From Myxococcota bacterium (GTDB lineage: Bacteria; Myxococcota_A; UBA9042; PHBI01; JAWLBL01), in the NCBI GenBank assembly GCA_041687695.1, contig JAWLBL010000001.1:32001-96000 (forward strand): DNA of 64,000 nt. The letters are read 5' to 3'. The position numbers and the translations under genes are program-made. Shown piece after piece: positions 28,636-39,161 of this stretch. Each line of letters starts with the position of its first letter. Position 1 is the stretch's first letter. A model generated the notes under the pieces. That model was not told the origin of the DNA. It was given only the letters and a program-made list of their open reading frames with translations, and made no database searches.

Positions 28636-29142
28636 TCAGGACGTCGGGCCCGACGCGGGTCGGGCCGGGCCGTACTTCTTCTCGTAACCGGGGTCCTGCT
28701 CGTCGCCGGGGTGCGTGCCGCCCTCGGTCTGGTACTTCGACGGGCACTTGACCGTCAGCTTGGTGCACTGGATGGTGCCGTCCTTGCCCATGATGCCCTC
28801 GACGATGCACTCACGCCCTTCCTTGTAGGGATCGGGCGGCAGGTGCGGATAGGCGACCGGGAGCTCGTTGCCCAAGCCGTCGTGGATGACGAAGCGCAGC
28901 TCCTGCGTCGAGCCGCGCGTGACGTTCTCCGTCGTCCCTTCCTTGATCTTGCCGACGATCTTGACCTCACGCCCCACGAAGCGGTGCGGCTCGGCCTTGA
29001 TGGCGGCGATGTCGAGGCTGTAGCGGCCGCTCGAGAAGCTCGACTGCACGACGAGCAGCGCCCCCAGGCCGACGATGACCGCGATGATGGTCGAGTAGCC
29101 GGCTCTCTTGCGCCGCGTGGCGGCCTTGGGCGTTTCGGTCAT
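28636..29142 (-). CDS. ccmE: Heme chaperone CcmE, CxxxY variant
   Basis: N-terminal TM, OB-fold motifs (V.Y..PDPYKEG..IVEG), KCPSKY in place of HxxxY. Confidence 0.92.
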   Translation of the reverse strand: MTETPKAATRRKRAGYSTIIAVIVGLGALLVVQSSFSSGRYSLDIAAIKAEPHRFVGREVKIVGKIKEGTTENVTRGSTQELRFVIHDGLGNELPVAYPHLPPDPYKEGRECIVEGIMGKDGTIQCTKLTVKCPSKYQTEGGTHPGDEQDPGYEKKYGPARPASGPTS

Positions 29143-29404
29143 GGGACTCTCCTCGTTTGGGTCGGGGTGCCCCGAGCCCGTTGTCCCCGGCCTCGGCGGG
29201 TCCGGATCCTCGGCACCGACCGGGGTCGAGTCCAGGGCCTCGCTCGGAGCGACAAACCCGGCGCGCGGCGGGGGGCATTCCGGGGTTCTGCCAGAGGTCG
29301 GCGCCCGGGTCCATGAATACCGGGCCGCAGGGCGCCGGCCGGCGGGTCGGGTCGTGAGCCGACACCGTACCGCAACCCGGGCCGCCCGTCGAAGGTCCGC
29401 GTCG

Positions 29405-29434
29405 TTGACAAGCGCTCGGACCGTCCACCATCAT
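29405..29434 (+). promoter_or_regulatory. Sigma70-like promoter of the phasin-like gene
   Basis: TTGACA-N18-CATCAT. Confidence 0.45.
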
Positions 29435-29541
29435 CCGCGCCTTCCCAAGGACCGCCCGCCGCGCGCGCGACGGGCAACGACGGCCGTGGCGCTCCGTGCG
29501 ACGACCGCCGCCCTCCCCCTCCTCCCGAGCGGAGCCCCGCC

Positions 29542-30201
29542 GTGCTCGACGACTTCAAGGACAAGGCGCTCAAGAAGGCCGGTCAGTGGATTGGCTCGCC
29601 GGCCGCGGTCAGCGTGCTGTCGAACCCGCAGGTCCAGGGCGTCCTCAAGCGGGCCATCAACCTCCGGTCGGATCTGCGCGACGAGCTCGACCGCAAGGTC
29701 GAAGACCTCGCCCGCAGCTTCAACCTGGTCACCCGGGCCGAGGTGAAGACCCTCAAGCGCTCCATCCGCGAGCTCGAGAACCAGGTCGCGACCCTCGAGC
29801 ACCAGCTCAAGCAGCAGACGCTGCGGGCCGACAAGGCCGAGCAGGCCGCGAGCGAGGCCCGACGGAAGCTCGACGAGGCCGCCAAGGCCCCGGCGCCCGC
29901 CAAGACCGAGGCCGCGCCCGCGCCCGCCGCGGCGGCCGTCAAGCCGGCCGCGCCCGCCAAGGCCGCCAAGGCCGAGGCCGCTGCCAAGCCGGCCGCCAGG
30001 CCCGAGGCCGCTGCCAAGCCCGCGACGACCGAGGCCGCGACCAAGCCGGCCGCCAAGTCGACCGCCAAGGCTGGGGCCGGCCGCGGCGCCGCCAAGCCCG
30101 CGCCGGGCTCCAATGGCGAGACCAAGGCCAAGCCCGCCGCCAAGGCCGAGGGCAAGCCGGCCGCCAAGCGCGCGCCGGCCAAGAAGGCCCCCAAGGAGTG
30201 A
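29542..30201 (+). CDS. Phasin/PhaF-like protein with histone H1-like AAKP tail
   Basis: FNLVTRAEVKTLKRSIRELE phasin-type coiled coil; C-terminal Ala/Lys/Pro repeats. Confidence 0.65.
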   Translation: MLDDFKDKALKKAGQWIGSPAAVSVLSNPQVQGVLKRAINLRSDLRDELDRKVEDLARSFNLVTRAEVKTLKRSIRELENQVATLEHQLKQQTLRADKAEQAASEARRKLDEAAKAPAPAKTEAAPAPAAAAVKPAAPAKAAKAEAAAKPAARPEAAAKPATTEAATKPAAKSTAKAGAGRGAAKPAPGSNGETKAKPAAKAEGKPAAKRAPAKKAPKE

Positions 30202-30356
30202 CCCCGGCCCCCGGGCGGGCAGGCGCTCGCGCGTCGCCCGTCCGCGGATCGACGCGGAACGAGCGACCGGAAGTTTGCCCAGCCAGGCGGCTCGGGCCAC
30301 CCTGAGCGTCGTGGGAGACCACCGCGCGGGAGGCTCCGCGCGCCCGACAGGCAACC

Positions 30357-32852
30357 ATGATCGCTCGACCCCTCGCCGCCCTGCTCCTCGCGGCCCTCAT
30401 GCTCGGGCCGCCCGGCCCGGCCCGGGCCGACGCCCTCCCCGACGTGCTCGAGCGCGCCCGCGCGCAGCTCGACGCCGGTGACGCCGCCCAGGCGGCCGCC
30501 GCCCTGCGCGCGGCGCTGGACGCTGCCCCCGAGGGGCCGGACCGAGCCCTCGCCCAACACCTGCTCGGCCGCGCCCTGCTGGACGCTGGAGACGCCCAGG
30601 GGGCGGTCGCCGCGCTCGAGGGCGCCCTGGCCGACGGGCGCACCGCCGTGCCCGACTTCGTCCGCTACGCGCTGGCCCGGGCCCACGGCGCGCTCGGCGC
30701 CCACGCCGACGCCGCCGCAGCCTATCGGTTGGTCGCCCTGGACCGCCACAGCCCGCTGCGCATCGCCGCCGCCTTCGAGCACGCCCGCGCCCTCGAGGCC
30801 GCGGGCGACGCCGACGCCGCGCGCGCCGCCTACGGGCGCTTCGTGGACGACTACCCCGACGCGCCCGAGGCCCGCGACGCGCGGCTCCAGCTGGCGGCCC
30901 TCGAGGTCGACCGCGGGCGTGCCACGGAGGCGGCGCCCATCCTGCGCCGGGTGCTGGTCGAGGCGCCGCGCAGCCGGGCCGGGCTGGCGGCGCGCGCGAT
31001 GGCCGAGCGGCTGCGGACGCTGGGGCACGCCGCCCTGGTGGCGCTGACGCCCGAGCGCGAGCTCGAGCGGCTCGAGTGGCTCGTCAGCGAGCGTCGCTTC
31101 GAGGAGGCCGAGGCCGACCTGGCGGCGCTGCGCGCGCTAGCGGCCGAGCGCAAGGAGCGCGATCTGGAGGTGCGCGCGACGGAGCTGCTCGCCCGGGTCT
31201 ACCGGGAGACGCGGCAGGAGCCGCGGGCGCTGGAGCTGTACGAGTGGCTGGCGACGCGCGGCGTGTCGACCCCGTCCTTCGCGCACGTCGCGGAGATGCA
31301 GGCCCTGGGCGGCGACTTCGAGACGGCCGAGCGGACGCTCCTGGCCGGCTACGGGCGCCGACGCACCAACGCCTATTGGGAGGCGCTGGGCGACCTGCGC
31401 TTCGAGTTCGGCCGGTACGAGGACGCCCTGGCGGCCTACAAGCGCTCGAGCCGTGCGCGGCGGGCCGTCAAGGGCGTCCCCGCCGAGCTGAGCCTGGCTT
31501 GGAAGGTGGGGTGGTGCCACATCCTGACCGGGCAGGTCGAGGCGGCGGCCCCGATGTTCGCGCCGCGCAGGTCGTGGCGGCGCCGTGACGCGCAGTGGCC
31601 GCGCTATTGGAAGGCCCGCTCGCTGGCCATCGCCGGCCGGCGGGACGAGGCGCTGGCCCTGTACGACGCGCTGGCCGAGGAGGGGCCGCTGGACTACTAC
31701 GGGGTCCTGGCTGCCAGCCGGGCGGCCGAGCTGCGCGGCGAGGTGCCCGCGCCGGCGCAGGCGCCGGGGCCGCCGAGCGGCGACGTCGTGACCGTGTCCG
31801 CGGAGGACGGCGAGTCGGGGCCGGCGCGGCGTCCGACCGTCGCCTGGTCGGACGAGGCCCTGGAGGGCGCCTTCGAGCGGGCGCCGGGGCCCGCCGAGCG
31901 CGCGGAGCGACAGGCGGCGCTCGAGCGGCTGGCCGCGCGATGGGGCGACGTGGCCCCGGAGGCGCGCCGGGCCGCCGAGCTGCACCGCCTGGGGCTCGTC
32001 GACGAGGCGATGGCCGAGCTGCGCGTCATCGACATGGATCTCCGCACGCTGCGCGGCCGCGGCAGCGCCGCCTTCGCCCGCCGCGCCCGCGCCGATCTGC
32101 TGGACAACCGCCGCGAGGCCCGCGCCCGGGGCGGCGCCGACATCGTCGACCGCAAGCGCAAGAGCCGCCAGCAGGTCCGCGACTTCATCAAGGGCGCCTC
32201 CGACCTGCAGCGCGATCTGCGCGAGGCCCAGGTCGCCTTCGGGGACCCCTACGCGCTGCGCCGCGCCCACGTATACGGCCTCGGAGAGGCGCCGACCCCC
32301 GAGACCCTCGACGCCTGGCGGCTCGCCCACCCGGTCGCCTTCCCCGAGCTGGTCCAGCGCTTCTCGGCCCTGCACGTCATCCCGCCGTACTTCCTGTACG
32401 CCATCATGACGGTCGAGAGCACCTTCCACCCGCACGCCGTCAGCGTCTCGAACGCCTACGGCCTGCTGCAGGTCATCCCCAAGACCGGCCGGCGCGTCGC
32501 GCAGGCCCTCGGCTACGCCGAGTTCAGCCCCGAGCTGCTGCTGCGCCCCGAGGTGTCCATCTACTTCGGGTCCTATTACCTGGGCAGCCTGCTCGACAAG
32601 TTCCACGGACAGGAGCTGCTGGCCGCGGCCGCCTACAACGCCGGCCCTCACCGGGTCGAGAAGTGGCTGCGCATGAGCCCGAACCGCCCGATGGACGTGT
32701 TCGTCGAGGAGATCCCCTTCCGCGAGGCGCGCAACTACGCCAAGTCGGTGCTCGAGAACGTGGCGCGCTTCCGCCGGGCCTGGCACGACGAGGTGCACCC
32801 GTACGTCTCGAACCACCTCGAGCCGCGCGCCCTGCCCGAGCCGAACTATTGA
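30357..32852 (+). CDS. Soluble lytic transglycosylase (Slt-type) with TPR
   Basis: AIMTVESTF, AYGLLQVIP, AAYNAGP, FVEEIPFREARNY; signal peptide; TPRs. Confidence 0.92.
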   Translation: MIARPLAALLLAALMLGPPGPARADALPDVLERARAQLDAGDAAQAAAALRAALDAAPEGPDRALAQHLLGRALLDAGDAQGAVAALEGALADGRTAVPDFVRYALARAHGALGAHADAAAAYRLVALDRHSPLRIAAAFEHARALEAAGDADAARAAYGRFVDDYPDAPEARDARLQLAALEVDRGRATEAAPILRRVLVEAPRSRAGLAARAMAERLRTLGHAALVALTPERELERLEWLVSERRFEEAEADLAALRALAAERKERDLEVRATELLARVYRETRQEPRALELYEWLATRGVSTPSFAHVAEMQALGGDFETAERTLLAGYGRRRTNAYWEALGDLRFEFGRYEDALAAYKRSSRARRAVKGVPAELSLAWKVGWCHILTGQVEAAAPMFAPRRSWRRRDAQWPRYWKARSLAIAGRRDEALALYDALAEEGPLDYYGVLAASRAAELRGEVPAPAQAPGPPSGDVVTVSAEDGESGPARRPTVAWSDEALEGAFERAPGPAERAERQAALERLAARWGDVAPEARRAAELHRLGLVDEAMAELRVIDMDLRTLRGRGSAAFARRARADLLDNRREARARGGADIVDRKRKSRQQVRDFIKGASDLQRDLREAQVAFGDPYALRRAHVYGLGEAPTPETLDAWRLAHPVAFPELVQRFSALHVIPPYFLYAIMTVESTFHPHAVSVSNAYGLLQVIPKTGRRVAQALGYAEFSPELLLRPEVSIYFGSYYLGSLLDKFHGQELLAAAAYNAGPHRVEKWLRMSPNRPMDVFVEEIPFREARNYAKSVLENVARFRRAWHDEVHPYVSNHLEPRALPEPNY

Positions 32853-32938
32853 CCGCCCGCGAGCCGGGCGCCGCCGGGATCGGGGGCCCCCTCCGGGCCG
32901 CGTTGCGCGTCCCAGGGGCCAGTGATAGCGTGCCGGGA

Positions 32939-35002
32939 ATGAGCAGGGTCATGGCAGGGGCGGGCCGCGCCGTCTTCGTGGCGATCGTCGCCCTCTGGCT
33001 GGGGGGCGCGCCCGCCAGCAACGTCGCGCGAGCCCAGGGGCCGGCCTCTTCGGACCTGGCCCAGCCCGGCGCCGACGGCCTCGCGGAGCTGCGCCGGCCG
33101 ATCCTCAGCCCGCCCGAGTACAGCACCCTGCGCGCCGCCTGGAGCGAGGTGCAGTCGGACCTCGGGCGCAAGGCCTGGGCCGAGGCGGCCGGTCGCCTCC
33201 AGCACCTGGTCGCCATCCGCGGGGACCTGGGCCTGCGCGACCTCTACCCGATGTCGGCCGCGCTGCTGTACGCCGCGCGCGAGGCCTCCGCCGAGGGCGC
33301 CACCGACGCCGCCGGGGCCCTGGTCGCCGCCGCCGTCACCCTGTCCCCCCACCTGCCGGCCGCCCGCTTCGAGGAGGCGGTGCAGGCCTTCCAGGACGCC
33401 CCCCTCGGGCTCGGCGCCCAGCTCCGCGCCCTCCGCGGCGGCTTCGAGCGGCTGCCCGAGGATCCCGCGGCCGCCACGGCCTTCGCCGGCAACGCCCTGA
33501 GCGCCCTCGCCCTCACCCTGACGGGGCTGCTCATCGCCTTTGGCCTCGCCATGGCCCTGCGCTACGCCAGCCTCGCCGTCGGCGATCTCCGGCGCGCGCT
33601 CTTCGGCACCGTCGACCGCCTCCAGGCCACGGTCCTGCTCACCTCTGTACTGGCCGCGCCCTTCCTGGCGGGCTTCGGCCTGCTCGGCGCCGCCGCCGTC
33701 TGGCTGGTGGTCGCCGCCGCGTACCTCAAGGTGACCGAGCGCGTGGTCGCAGCGCTGCTGCTCCTGGCCGTGGCCGCCCTCCCCTGGCTCACCGGGCGCC
33801 TGGTCGCCTCGGCCGAGCTGCCCGGCGTCGCCGCCACCGTCCTGCACCGCTGCAACCACAGCCTCTGCGCGCCCGAGGACCGCCGTCACCTCGCGACCTG
33901 GGCCGCCGGAGACCGCCTGGGCTACGAGGCCAGCTTCACGTTGGCCCTGGTCGAAAAGCGCGCGCGCGGCATGCACGCCTCCGACGCCGCCGACCCACGC
34001 CCGCACGCCGTCCGGGCCGCGACCTTGCAGCGCAGCCCGCAGGCGCTGCTGCTGCTGGGCAACATCGAGTACCTCGACGCGCTGTCGCTGTGCGAGGCCG
34101 TCAAGGGCGACGACGCGCAGGCCACCGAAGCCTACGACAAGCACCTGCGGGCGGCCCTCGCCCTGTGGGACGAGGCGCTCGAGGCCGCGCCGCGCTTTCT
34201 GCCCGCGCTGTACAACGCCGCGATCGCGCGCCGGCAGCTCGGCGCCGAAGGCGAGGCCGACAAGCTCCTGTCCGCGGCCATGCAGGCCGACGCCCCCCAC
34301 GTCAACCACTGGAACAAAGAGATCGCCCAGGACGCGAACCTCAGCCGCTGCCGGTCGGCGCGTCTGGCCAACCGCCACCTGATGGACGCGCCGCTGCCGG
34401 CGGCGACGCTGCGGACGGCGCGCCTGACGCCGCCGCCCGCCGAGGCCGCCGTCATCCTGCCGGTCGGCGGCGTGCTGGCGGGCAACCTGGACGGCCAGGC
34501 GGTGCTGGCGGGCGGGCTGGCGGCCGCGTTGTGGGTGGCGCTGGCCTGGCTGCTGCGCGGCTCGGTCGGCGTGTCGGTCGCCTGTCAGGCGTGCGGCGCG
34601 ACCGCGGGCCCGCGCCAGCGCGTGGACGTGCGCGGCGGCGCCCTGTGCGAGGCCTGCATCAAGGCCGACATCCAGCGCGGCCTGGTCGACGCCAAGGAGC
34701 AGTGGTTCCGCGAGCAGCGCCTGCGTGTGCAGGCCAGCCGGCGCGCGCGGCTGCCGCGGCTGGTGACTTGGGTGCTCCCTGGCTTCGGCCACCTGCTCAA
34801 GGGCGCCCCCCTCCGAGGCGTCGCGTATCTGGTGCTGGTGTTCGGGAGCCTGATGGTCGGCCTGGGCCTGCACACCATCTTCCACGACCCGCACGCGCCG
34901 CTCGCCGGCGGCGGCGCGCGCCTGACGCTCTTCGGCGGGCTCGCCGTCATCGCCTGGCTCGTCGCGCTCATCGACGCCCACACGGGCAAGGAGGCCGCGT
35001 GA
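32939..35002 (+). CDS. Multi-TM TPR protein with CxxC...CxxC Zn-ribbon-like motif
   Basis: Signal/TM segments, TPR-like helices, CQACG...LCEAC, VLPGFGHLLKG; GTGA-coupled to DUF4388 gene. Confidence 0.75.
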   Translation: MSRVMAGAGRAVFVAIVALWLGGAPASNVARAQGPASSDLAQPGADGLAELRRPILSPPEYSTLRAAWSEVQSDLGRKAWAEAAGRLQHLVAIRGDLGLRDLYPMSAALLYAAREASAEGATDAAGALVAAAVTLSPHLPAARFEEAVQAFQDAPLGLGAQLRALRGGFERLPEDPAAATAFAGNALSALALTLTGLLIAFGLAMALRYASLAVGDLRRALFGTVDRLQATVLLTSVLAAPFLAGFGLLGAAAVWLVVAAAYLKVTERVVAALLLLAVAALPWLTGRLVASAELPGVAATVLHRCNHSLCAPEDRRHLATWAAGDRLGYEASFTLALVEKRARGMHASDAADPRPHAVRAATLQRSPQALLLLGNIEYLDALSLCEAVKGDDAQATEAYDKHLRAALALWDEALEAAPRFLPALYNAAIARRQLGAEGEADKLLSAAMQADAPHVNHWNKEIAQDANLSRCRSARLANRHLMDAPLPAATLRTARLTPPPAEAAVILPVGGVLAGNLDGQAVLAGGLAAALWVALAWLLRGSVGVSVACQACGATAGPRQRVDVRGGALCEACIKADIQRGLVDAKEQWFREQRLRVQASRRARLPRLVTWVLPGFGHLLKGAPLRGVAYLVLVFGSLMVGLGLHTIFHDPHAPLAGGGARLTLFGGLAVIAWLVALIDAHTGKEAA

Positions 35003-36183
35003 GCCTCCCGACGGACATCACCACCCCCGAGGGCGGAGAGCGCTGGTCCTTCGACCGCATCCTGGCGCTCCTCGACGAGCAGCGCCGCACGGGCGTGCTC
35101 GAGGTCACGGCCGGCACGACCCGCACGCGCGTCCACGTCCGAAAGGGCTACGTCAGCCACGCCGAGCGCCGCGACGGCATCGACTGGCCCGTGGGCGCCT
35201 ACCTGCTCGACAGCGGAACCCTGACCGACGTCCAGCTGTTCGAGGCGCGCCGCCAGGCCGAGCGCCGCAACCTGCCCGTCGAGGACGTGCTGGTCGACGG
35301 CGGCGTCGTCAGCGCCGACGTGATGAAGCGGTTCATCGATCTGCAGGTCGCCGAGGTGCTCTACCCGCTCTTCCTCGAGCGCTCCCTCGACATCCGCTTC
35401 CTCGAGGAGCGCCCCGAGACCCCGCGCTTCGCCACCAGCCTGCCCGTCAGCTTCATCCTCAAGGAGGCCGAGCGGCGGGCCGAGCTGTGGCCGCCGCTCC
35501 GCCAGCGCGTCGGCCGCACCACCGCGGTCTTTCGCAAGGACGACGCCCTGCTGCCCGAGATCCTGGGCTACGCGGACCCCGACCCGAAGGCGGAGCCGCT
35601 GCCCGAGCTCAGCGCCGGCGCCCGCGTCGCCTTCTTCCACCTCGGGGGCGCGCGGACCGTCGAGCAGGTCGCCCGCGCCAGCGGCCTCGGCCTGTTCGAG
35701 ACCTACCGCGCCCTGGCCGAGCTGCTCGACGCCTACCTCATCACCCTGGCCGACCCCAACGGCAAGGGCGAGCGCCGCGCCGATGGCCCGCCGCCCTGGC
35801 GCCACGTGGTCACCGCGCTGACCTACGCCGTCTTCGCCGCCCTGGTGTTCGGCGGCGTCCAGTGGGTCCGCGGACAGGCCGACGTGCTGACGGTCTCGGC
35901 CGCCGACCCCGCCGGCGAGCTGGGCGCCGTCGCGGGCGCCGTGCGGGCTGCCCAGGTCCGCGACGCGATTCAGCTTTTCCGGCTGCAACGCGGTACCTAC
36001 CCTGAGTCGCTCCAGGAGCTGGTGGCGGCGGGCTGGGTGGGCCCCGACGTCGCGCCGCTGCTCGAGCGCATGCGCTATCGACGCCTCATCGACAGCCACA
36101 CGCTCGAGGGCCCGAGCCTGGCCCCCCCGCCCACCGACGCCCGGGAATCGGCCGGGGACGCGTCGTCCCCGCCGAACGATTGA
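34999..36183 (+). CDS. DUF4388 domain membrane protein
   Basis: ILALLDEQRRTGVLEV....RVHVRKGYVSHA, VGAYLLDSG.LT..QL; TM; tail YPESLQELV. Confidence 0.82.
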   Translation: MSLPTDITTPEGGERWSFDRILALLDEQRRTGVLEVTAGTTRTRVHVRKGYVSHAERRDGIDWPVGAYLLDSGTLTDVQLFEARRQAERRNLPVEDVLVDGGVVSADVMKRFIDLQVAEVLYPLFLERSLDIRFLEERPETPRFATSLPVSFILKEAERRAELWPPLRQRVGRTTAVFRKDDALLPEILGYADPDPKAEPLPELSAGARVAFFHLGGARTVEQVARASGLGLFETYRALAELLDAYLITLADPNGKGERRADGPPPWRHVVTALTYAVFAALVFGGVQWVRGQADVLTVSAADPAGELGAVAGAVRAAQVRDAIQLFRLQRGTYPESLQELVAAGWVGPDVAPLLERMRYRRLIDSHTLEGPSLAPPPTDARESAGDASSPPND

Positions 36184-36201
36184 CGCTTTCGCCGAGGCGC
36201 T

Positions 36202-37205
<1,004 letters not shown>

Positions 37206-37209
<4 letters not shown>

Positions 37210-37706
37210 CGACCGCCGCCACCGCCCCGGCCCCCGACGCCGTCGGCGTGCTCTGGGAGCGCGAGGATCCCGAGGACGAGGCCCTGCTGGCGCGCCTCGA
37301 GCACCTCGGCGCCGCCCTGCTGGCCGCCGCCGGCGTGTCCGAGCGCGACCTGTCGATCGTCGTGGTCGACGAGCCCGCCATCCACGCGCTGAACAAGCAG
37401 TACCTGGGCGAGGACAAGCCGACGGACGTCCTCAGCTTCCCGATGGACGAGGGCGAGATCCTGGCCTCGCCCGGTCCGCGGCCCCTGGGCGACGTGGTCA
37501 TCGGCCTCGAGGTCGCCGCCGCGCAGGCCCGCGCGCACGGCTGGTCGCTGGACGAGGAGCTGACCTTCCTGCTGGTCCATGGGTTCTGCCACCTGCTGGG
37601 CCACGATCACGCCGAACCCGGCGAGGCCGCCGAGATGCGGGCCGCCGAGGACCGCCTGCTCGCCGCCGTGGCGCCCGGTCAGCGCCGCCCGCCCACCCCT
37701 TACTGA
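37206..37706 (+). CDS. ybeY: rRNA maturation endoribonuclease YbeY
   Basis: [32 protein letters not shown]. Confidence 0.95.
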
Positions 37707-37724
37707 GGGCCGGCCCCGGCCAGC

Positions 37725-37823
37725 GCCACCACCCACGGCCACGGCCCACCGCCACCGCCTCGGCCACGCCCCACGGCCACGGCCACGGCCCACCGCCACC
37801 GCCCACGGCCACGGCCCACCGCC
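37725..37823. repeat. Degenerate hexamer-based tandem repeat (CCACGG/CCACCG)
   Basis: Intergenic run of ccacgg/ccaccg units with a recurring cccacggccacggcccaccgcc block. Confidence 0.8.
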
Positions 37824-37879
37824 TGCTCCCAGTCCGGTCCGCGTGGCTCGACCGCGCCGGCTCGTGCTAGCCTCGGCCC

Positions 37880-38866
37880 ATGACGTCCGCTCCTCCTCCT
37901 CGTCCACGACGGCCGCTGGGCCTGGTCTCCATCGGCGACGCGCTGGTGTCCCTGGCGGCGGACGGGCCGCTCGAGGAGGCGGCCGTCTTCCGGCGCGGAC
38001 AGCTGGGCGACGCGCTGGCCGTGGCCATCGGGGCCGCACGGCTGGGGCTCGAGGCGGCCTTCGTGACCCGGGTCGGCGAGGACCCGTTCACGGCGGGGCT
38101 GCTGGCCTCCTGGGAGCGCGAGGGCTTGCACCTGGACTACGTCCGGCGCGCGCCGGGACGCAACGGGCTCGCCCTCATCGGGGCCGGCGCCGACGGGCGG
38201 CAGGTCCTGCCCTACCGCGACGGGACCGCGGCCCAGGGCCTCGAGCCGGGCGACGTGGTCGACGTCCCCTGGGACCGCACCGATCTGGTCTTCGCCACCG
38301 GGGCCACCCAGGCGCTCGGGGCCTCCGCCCGCGAGGCGGTCGCCACCGCCTTCGGCCGCGCGCGGCAGGCCGGCGTCACCACCGTCTACGACCCGATGCT
38401 GCGCCCGGGCACCTGGCCGGGCGACGCCGCGCCCCTGTTCCGCGCCGCCTTCGACGAGGTCCTGCCGCTGACCGACCTCCTGATCCTCAGCGCGCCGTGG
38501 GCCAGCGGCCGCCTGCTGGAGCAGCCCACCCCCGAGGGGGCCGCCCACGAGGCGCGCCGCCGTGGCGTGCCGCAGGTCATCGTCCGCGACGGGCCGCGCG
38601 GCTGCGTCGTCGCCGACTCCCAGGGCGTGCTGCGCCTGGACGCGGCCGAGGCCCCCGAGGTGCTGCGGCCCATCCTGGCCTCAGCCGGCTTCGACGCGGG
38701 CCTGGTCGCGGCGCTCCACCGCGGGCTGCCCCTGCGCCGGGCCGCCGACGTCGCCCTGGACGCCATGGCCCTGGCCGTGGCCGGTCGCGGCGACCTGGAC
38801 GACCTGCCCTTTCGCGACCAACTGGACGCCCGCCGCGTCGGCCGAGGTCGCGAGCCGCTGCCCTGA
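37880..38866 (+). CDS. PfkB/KdgK-fold protein with degenerate active site
   Basis: ARLGLEAAFVTRVGEDPF, YRDGTAA, TVYDPMLR; GAGD motif replaced by LASA. Confidence 0.8.
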   Translation: MTSAPPPRPRRPLGLVSIGDALVSLAADGPLEEAAVFRRGQLGDALAVAIGAARLGLEAAFVTRVGEDPFTAGLLASWEREGLHLDYVRRAPGRNGLALIGAGADGRQVLPYRDGTAAQGLEPGDVVDVPWDRTDLVFATGATQALGASAREAVATAFGRARQAGVTTVYDPMLRPGTWPGDAAPLFRAAFDEVLPLTDLLILSAPWASGRLLEQPTPEGAAHEARRRGVPQVIVRDGPRGCVVADSQGVLRLDAAEAPEVLRPILASAGFDAGLVAALHRGLPLRRAADVALDAMALAVAGRGDLDDLPFRDQLDARRVGRGREPLP

Positions 38867-38977
38867 GCCCGATCCGGCGCGCCCACGCGGCCCTCGCGGG
38901 ACCGCTCGAGGGGCCTCCGGTTTCTTGGTTGCAGGTCGCCCTGTTACCGGCCGAAATGAACGGATGGCACAGAGCAG

Positions 38978-39007
38978 TTGGCAGAGGCGCTCGCTCGAAT
39001 GTATCCT
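38978..39007 (+). promoter_or_regulatory. Sigma70-like promoter upstream of candidate structured RNA
   Basis: TTGGCA (38978-83)-N18-TATCCT (39002-07). Confidence 0.5.
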
Positions 39008-39010
39008 GTC

Positions 39011-39161
39011 GCCGTTCGGGTGTAGACCTGTCCCCCTCTCAGGCCTGGACAAGTTTGCATCGGAACTGGCCGGCGTGGACTCTTGCCTGTCGAGGACGCG
39101 TCGGGACCCCCACTGGCCGATGGTGACCTGCCCCCGGGCGCCATCGGCCATATTTCTTTCT
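39011..39161 (+). ncRNA. Candidate structured sRNA or attenuating leader (three stem-loops)
   Basis: SL1 39011-39070 long stem with G-U pairs; weaker SL2 39071-39103; SL3 39114-39150 followed by U-rich tail; C-rich loops. Confidence 0.55.
39114..39161 (+). terminator. Intrinsic terminator
   Basis: TGGCCGATGGTG..CGCCATCGGCCA stem, CCCC loop, then TATTTCTTTCT. Confidence 0.72.

Noticed and set aside
24904..29316. 1470-aa plus-strand ORF
   Set aside because: Antisense shadow of ccmF/ccmE; the same applies to most long Arg/Gly/Ala-rich ORFs in the track.
37725..37823. His-rich repeat as HxsA precursor peptide
   Set aside because: Encodes HG/TA/PR dipeptides, not His-Xaa-Ser; no credible start; 9 kb from hxsB.
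38965..38983. Sigma54 promoter at TGGCAC
   Set aside because: No GC at the required GG-N10-GC spacing.
39011..39161. Candidate RNA as relocated 6S, SRP RNA or tRNA
   Set aside because: Separate hairpins rather than one rod with a central bubble; no SRP domain IV motif; no cloverleaf.
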